A stretch of DNA of 32,000 nucleotides from Cupriavidus necator (GTDB lineage: Bacteria; Pseudomonadota; Gammaproteobacteria; Burkholderiales; Burkholderiaceae), in assembly GCF_016127575.1 (NCBI RefSeq), contig NZ_CP066019.1, positions 990,001 through 1,022,000 on the forward strand, read 5' to 3'. A model generated the notes under the pieces. It saw nothing but the letters and a program-made list of their open reading frames with translations, was not told where the DNA came from and ran no database searches. Numbering within the stretch: position 1 is the first letter of the stretch; every line of letters starts with the position of its first letter. This document shows positions 30,404 to 32,000 of the stretch, piece after piece. The translations under genes were made by a program, and so were the position numbers.

Positions 30404-31482
30404 GCGCGGGAGCCATGATGACGACAACGGTTTCTTCGGCAGCGCTTGCGTTCCAGCGGGCGATGCCGGTCACACGCTTGCTGGATTGCGGCATGGACTA
30501 TGCCGACGCCGTCCGGCTGTTCGACGCCACCAGCCGGGGAGAGGATTGGGATCGCGTGGCCGAGTCGCTCGCCGATGCTCAGCTGGAGCGCGCCGAGCAT
30601 GCTGCCAGGGCCGGCCACCTGGTGACAGCCGCCCAGGCCCAGTCCATGGCGATTGCCGACCTGGTCTTTGCGCAGATGGCCTTCAATCACGACGCGCCAC
30701 GCAAACTCGGCTTGTACAGTCGCCTGGTGGCTGCGACGCACCAGCTTTGCCACTGGTCCGCACAAGGCCTCGAGCGCGTTGAGCTTTCATTCGCAAATGG
30801 TCGCCTGACAGGGTGGCTGATGCGCCCGCCAGCCGGCCACGCGCGCGGCACCGTGCTGCTCTTTGGCGGGCAGAGCGGCTGGGGGGTGGCATACCTGCCG
30901 CTGGCGCGGGCCCTGGCGGAACGCGGTCTCGCCACGCTGATGGCGGAAGGCCCGGGGCAGGGCGAAACCCGGCTGGTCCACGGCATTCATGTCGACGTGG
31001 ATATTCCCGCGGCCTACCGGTGCTTTGTGTCACGGATAGCCGAGGATGCATCGCTTGGCGTCCCCGGCATCTGGGGGAACAGCGTGGGCGGGCTCTGGGC
31101 GGCAGCCACGGCAGCGACGGACGACAGGATCCGGGCGTGCTGCATCAACGGTGCCCTCGCAGCTCCCACACTGCTGCCGTTCCGGACGTTCGAGGAGCAG
31201 GCAGCCGCCATGCTGGGCAGCACGAACCAGGCAGCCATCCAGGCCAATTTCGAACGCATGCGCTTTCACTCGCACCGCGACAGGATCGCTTGCCCGCTGC
31301 TCGTGCTGCATGGCGGCGAGGATCCGTTGGTGAAGCTGGAAGACCAGCAGCCGTTCCTGGACGCGGCGCTCACGGACGACGTGACGCTACGAATCTGGCC
31401 GGATGGCGAGCATACGATCTACAACCACGCGGCCGAGCGGACTGCACTGGTGGCGGATTGGTTCGCGGACCGGCTCTGCTGA
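30400..31482 (+). CDS. Alpha/beta-fold hydrolase with N-terminal helical cap
   Basis: Nucleophile elbow GNSVGG, LLFGGQSG oxyanion-like region, and VLHGGEDPLV plus DGEHT for the acid/His. GTGA overlap with the monooxygenase stop (ATG 30415 is an alternative). Confidence 0.7.
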   Translation: MSAGAMMTTTVSSAALAFQRAMPVTRLLDCGMDYADAVRLFDATSRGEDWDRVAESLADAQLERAEHAARAGHLVTAAQAQSMAIADLVFAQMAFNHDAPRKLGLYSRLVAATHQLCHWSAQGLERVELSFANGRLTGWLMRPPAGHARGTVLLFGGQSGWGVAYLPLARALAERGLATLMAEGPGQGETRLVHGIHVDVDIPAAYRCFVSRIAEDASLGVPGIWGNSVGGLWAAATAATDDRIRACCINGALAAPTLLPFRTFEEQAAAMLGSTNQAAIQANFERMRFHSHRDRIACPLLVLHGGEDPLVKLEDQQPFLDAALTDDVTLRIWPDGEHTIYNHAAERTALVADWFADRLC

Positions 31483-31499
31483 ATGGACGCCGCGCGCCG

Positions 31500-32000
31500 T
31501 CAAGCGCGCCGGATCTTCGCTTCTTCCACAGCCGCGCGCACGCACTCGGCCAGCAACTCTGACGCGCGGGTGCGCGTCGCGCGGGCCGTGCGCGCGATCA
31601 CCAGCGGCTGGCGCACGGTATCTTCCCGTATCGGCTTTTCCACGACGGCGGTGATCTGGGACGACGCCGGCGCCTGCGTGATCAGCAGCGCCGCGCCCAG
31701 TCCGTTCGCCACCATGCCGCGCGCCAGTTCCAGCGAAGTCGCGCGGTAGCGCACCTCGGGCTGCAGCCCGAATTGCCAGAACGGCGCCATCAGGAATTCA
31801 CGGCTGTGCGGCAGGTCGATCAGGATCAGCGGTTCCTGCGCCAGTTCGTGCAGCGACAGGCTGCCTTTGCGCCTGGCCAGCCGCGAGCCCGCGGGCAGCA
31901 GGCCGTAGGGCCGCAGCTCTGCCAGCAGTTCGCGCTCGATGTCTTCGGGCATGCCTACGTCGTAAGTCAGCGCCAGCTCGATCTGCCCGCCGTGCAGCCA
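31500..32000 (-). CDS. LysR-family regulator, C-terminal substrate-binding part (5'-truncated: N-terminus lies beyond the window end)
   Basis: The reading frame stays open to nt 32000 (WLHGGQIELALTYDVGMPEDI...). This is a typical LysR effector-domain sequence. Confidence 0.75.
   Translation of the reverse strand, partial: WLHGGQIELALTYDVGMPEDIERELLAELRPYGLLPAGSRLARRKGSLSLHELAQEPLILIDLPHSREFLMAPFWQFGLQPEVRYRATSLELARGMVANGLGAALLITQAPASSQITAVVEKPIREDTVRQPLVIARTARATRTRASELLAECVRAAVEEAKIRRA

Noticed and set aside
1-32000. Searched for CRISPR arrays, IS elements or transposases, integrases, phage genes, toxin-antitoxin pairs and defence-system genes.
   Set aside because: None of the credible ORFs shows such motifs, and no regularly spaced repeats were seen. 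The island hypothesis for 2756-16983 therefore rests only on the direct repeats and composition.

Overview
High-GC betaproteobacterial chromosome segment; gene content and composition look Cupriavidus/Ralstonia-like, which is an inference. No rRNA, canonical tRNA, CRISPR array, transposase or integrase is visible.

Gene order, left to right:
- A Rieske-FAD reductase fusion (5'-partial), convergent with a DyP peroxidase.
- A 437-nt non-coding region, then a 28-codon uORF translationally coupled to an intact but orphan selB. No selA, selD, selC or obvious selenoprotein gene is present.
- A G-free C-rich tract and a 28% GC promoter island with a sigma54-like -24/-12 element and a structured leader.
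- The most unusual block, a co-directional cluster encoding:
  - a NirB-N-terminal-like flavoprotein fused to a BFD [2Fe-2S] domain and a 4-His di-haem-b-type membrane domain;
  - a membrane-anchored ~11-haem cytochrome c with one CX4CH site;
  - a periplasmic DUF3365 haem-c protein whose UGA stop is followed by an in-frame, coding-looking 22-codon extension;
  - a globin;
  - a complete System I ccmABCDEFGHI operon.
- The ~14 kb selB-to-ccmI block is bracketed by ~75-nt imperfect direct repeats that look like duplicated promoter DNA.
- Downstream: apbC/mrp, pyruvate kinase, a PAS-LuxR regulator with a structured leader, an ABC substrate-binding protein plus cyclase operon, garD and a DUF3820 gene.
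- Last, a LysR-controlled hydroxyquinol pathway cluster (intradiol dioxygenase, Dabb, maleylacetate reductase, MhpA-like FAD monooxygenase, alpha/beta hydrolase) and a second LysR gene that is 5'-truncated (its N-terminus lies beyond the window edge).

All functional calls rest on motifs recognised by eye in the supplied translations. No database search was run.
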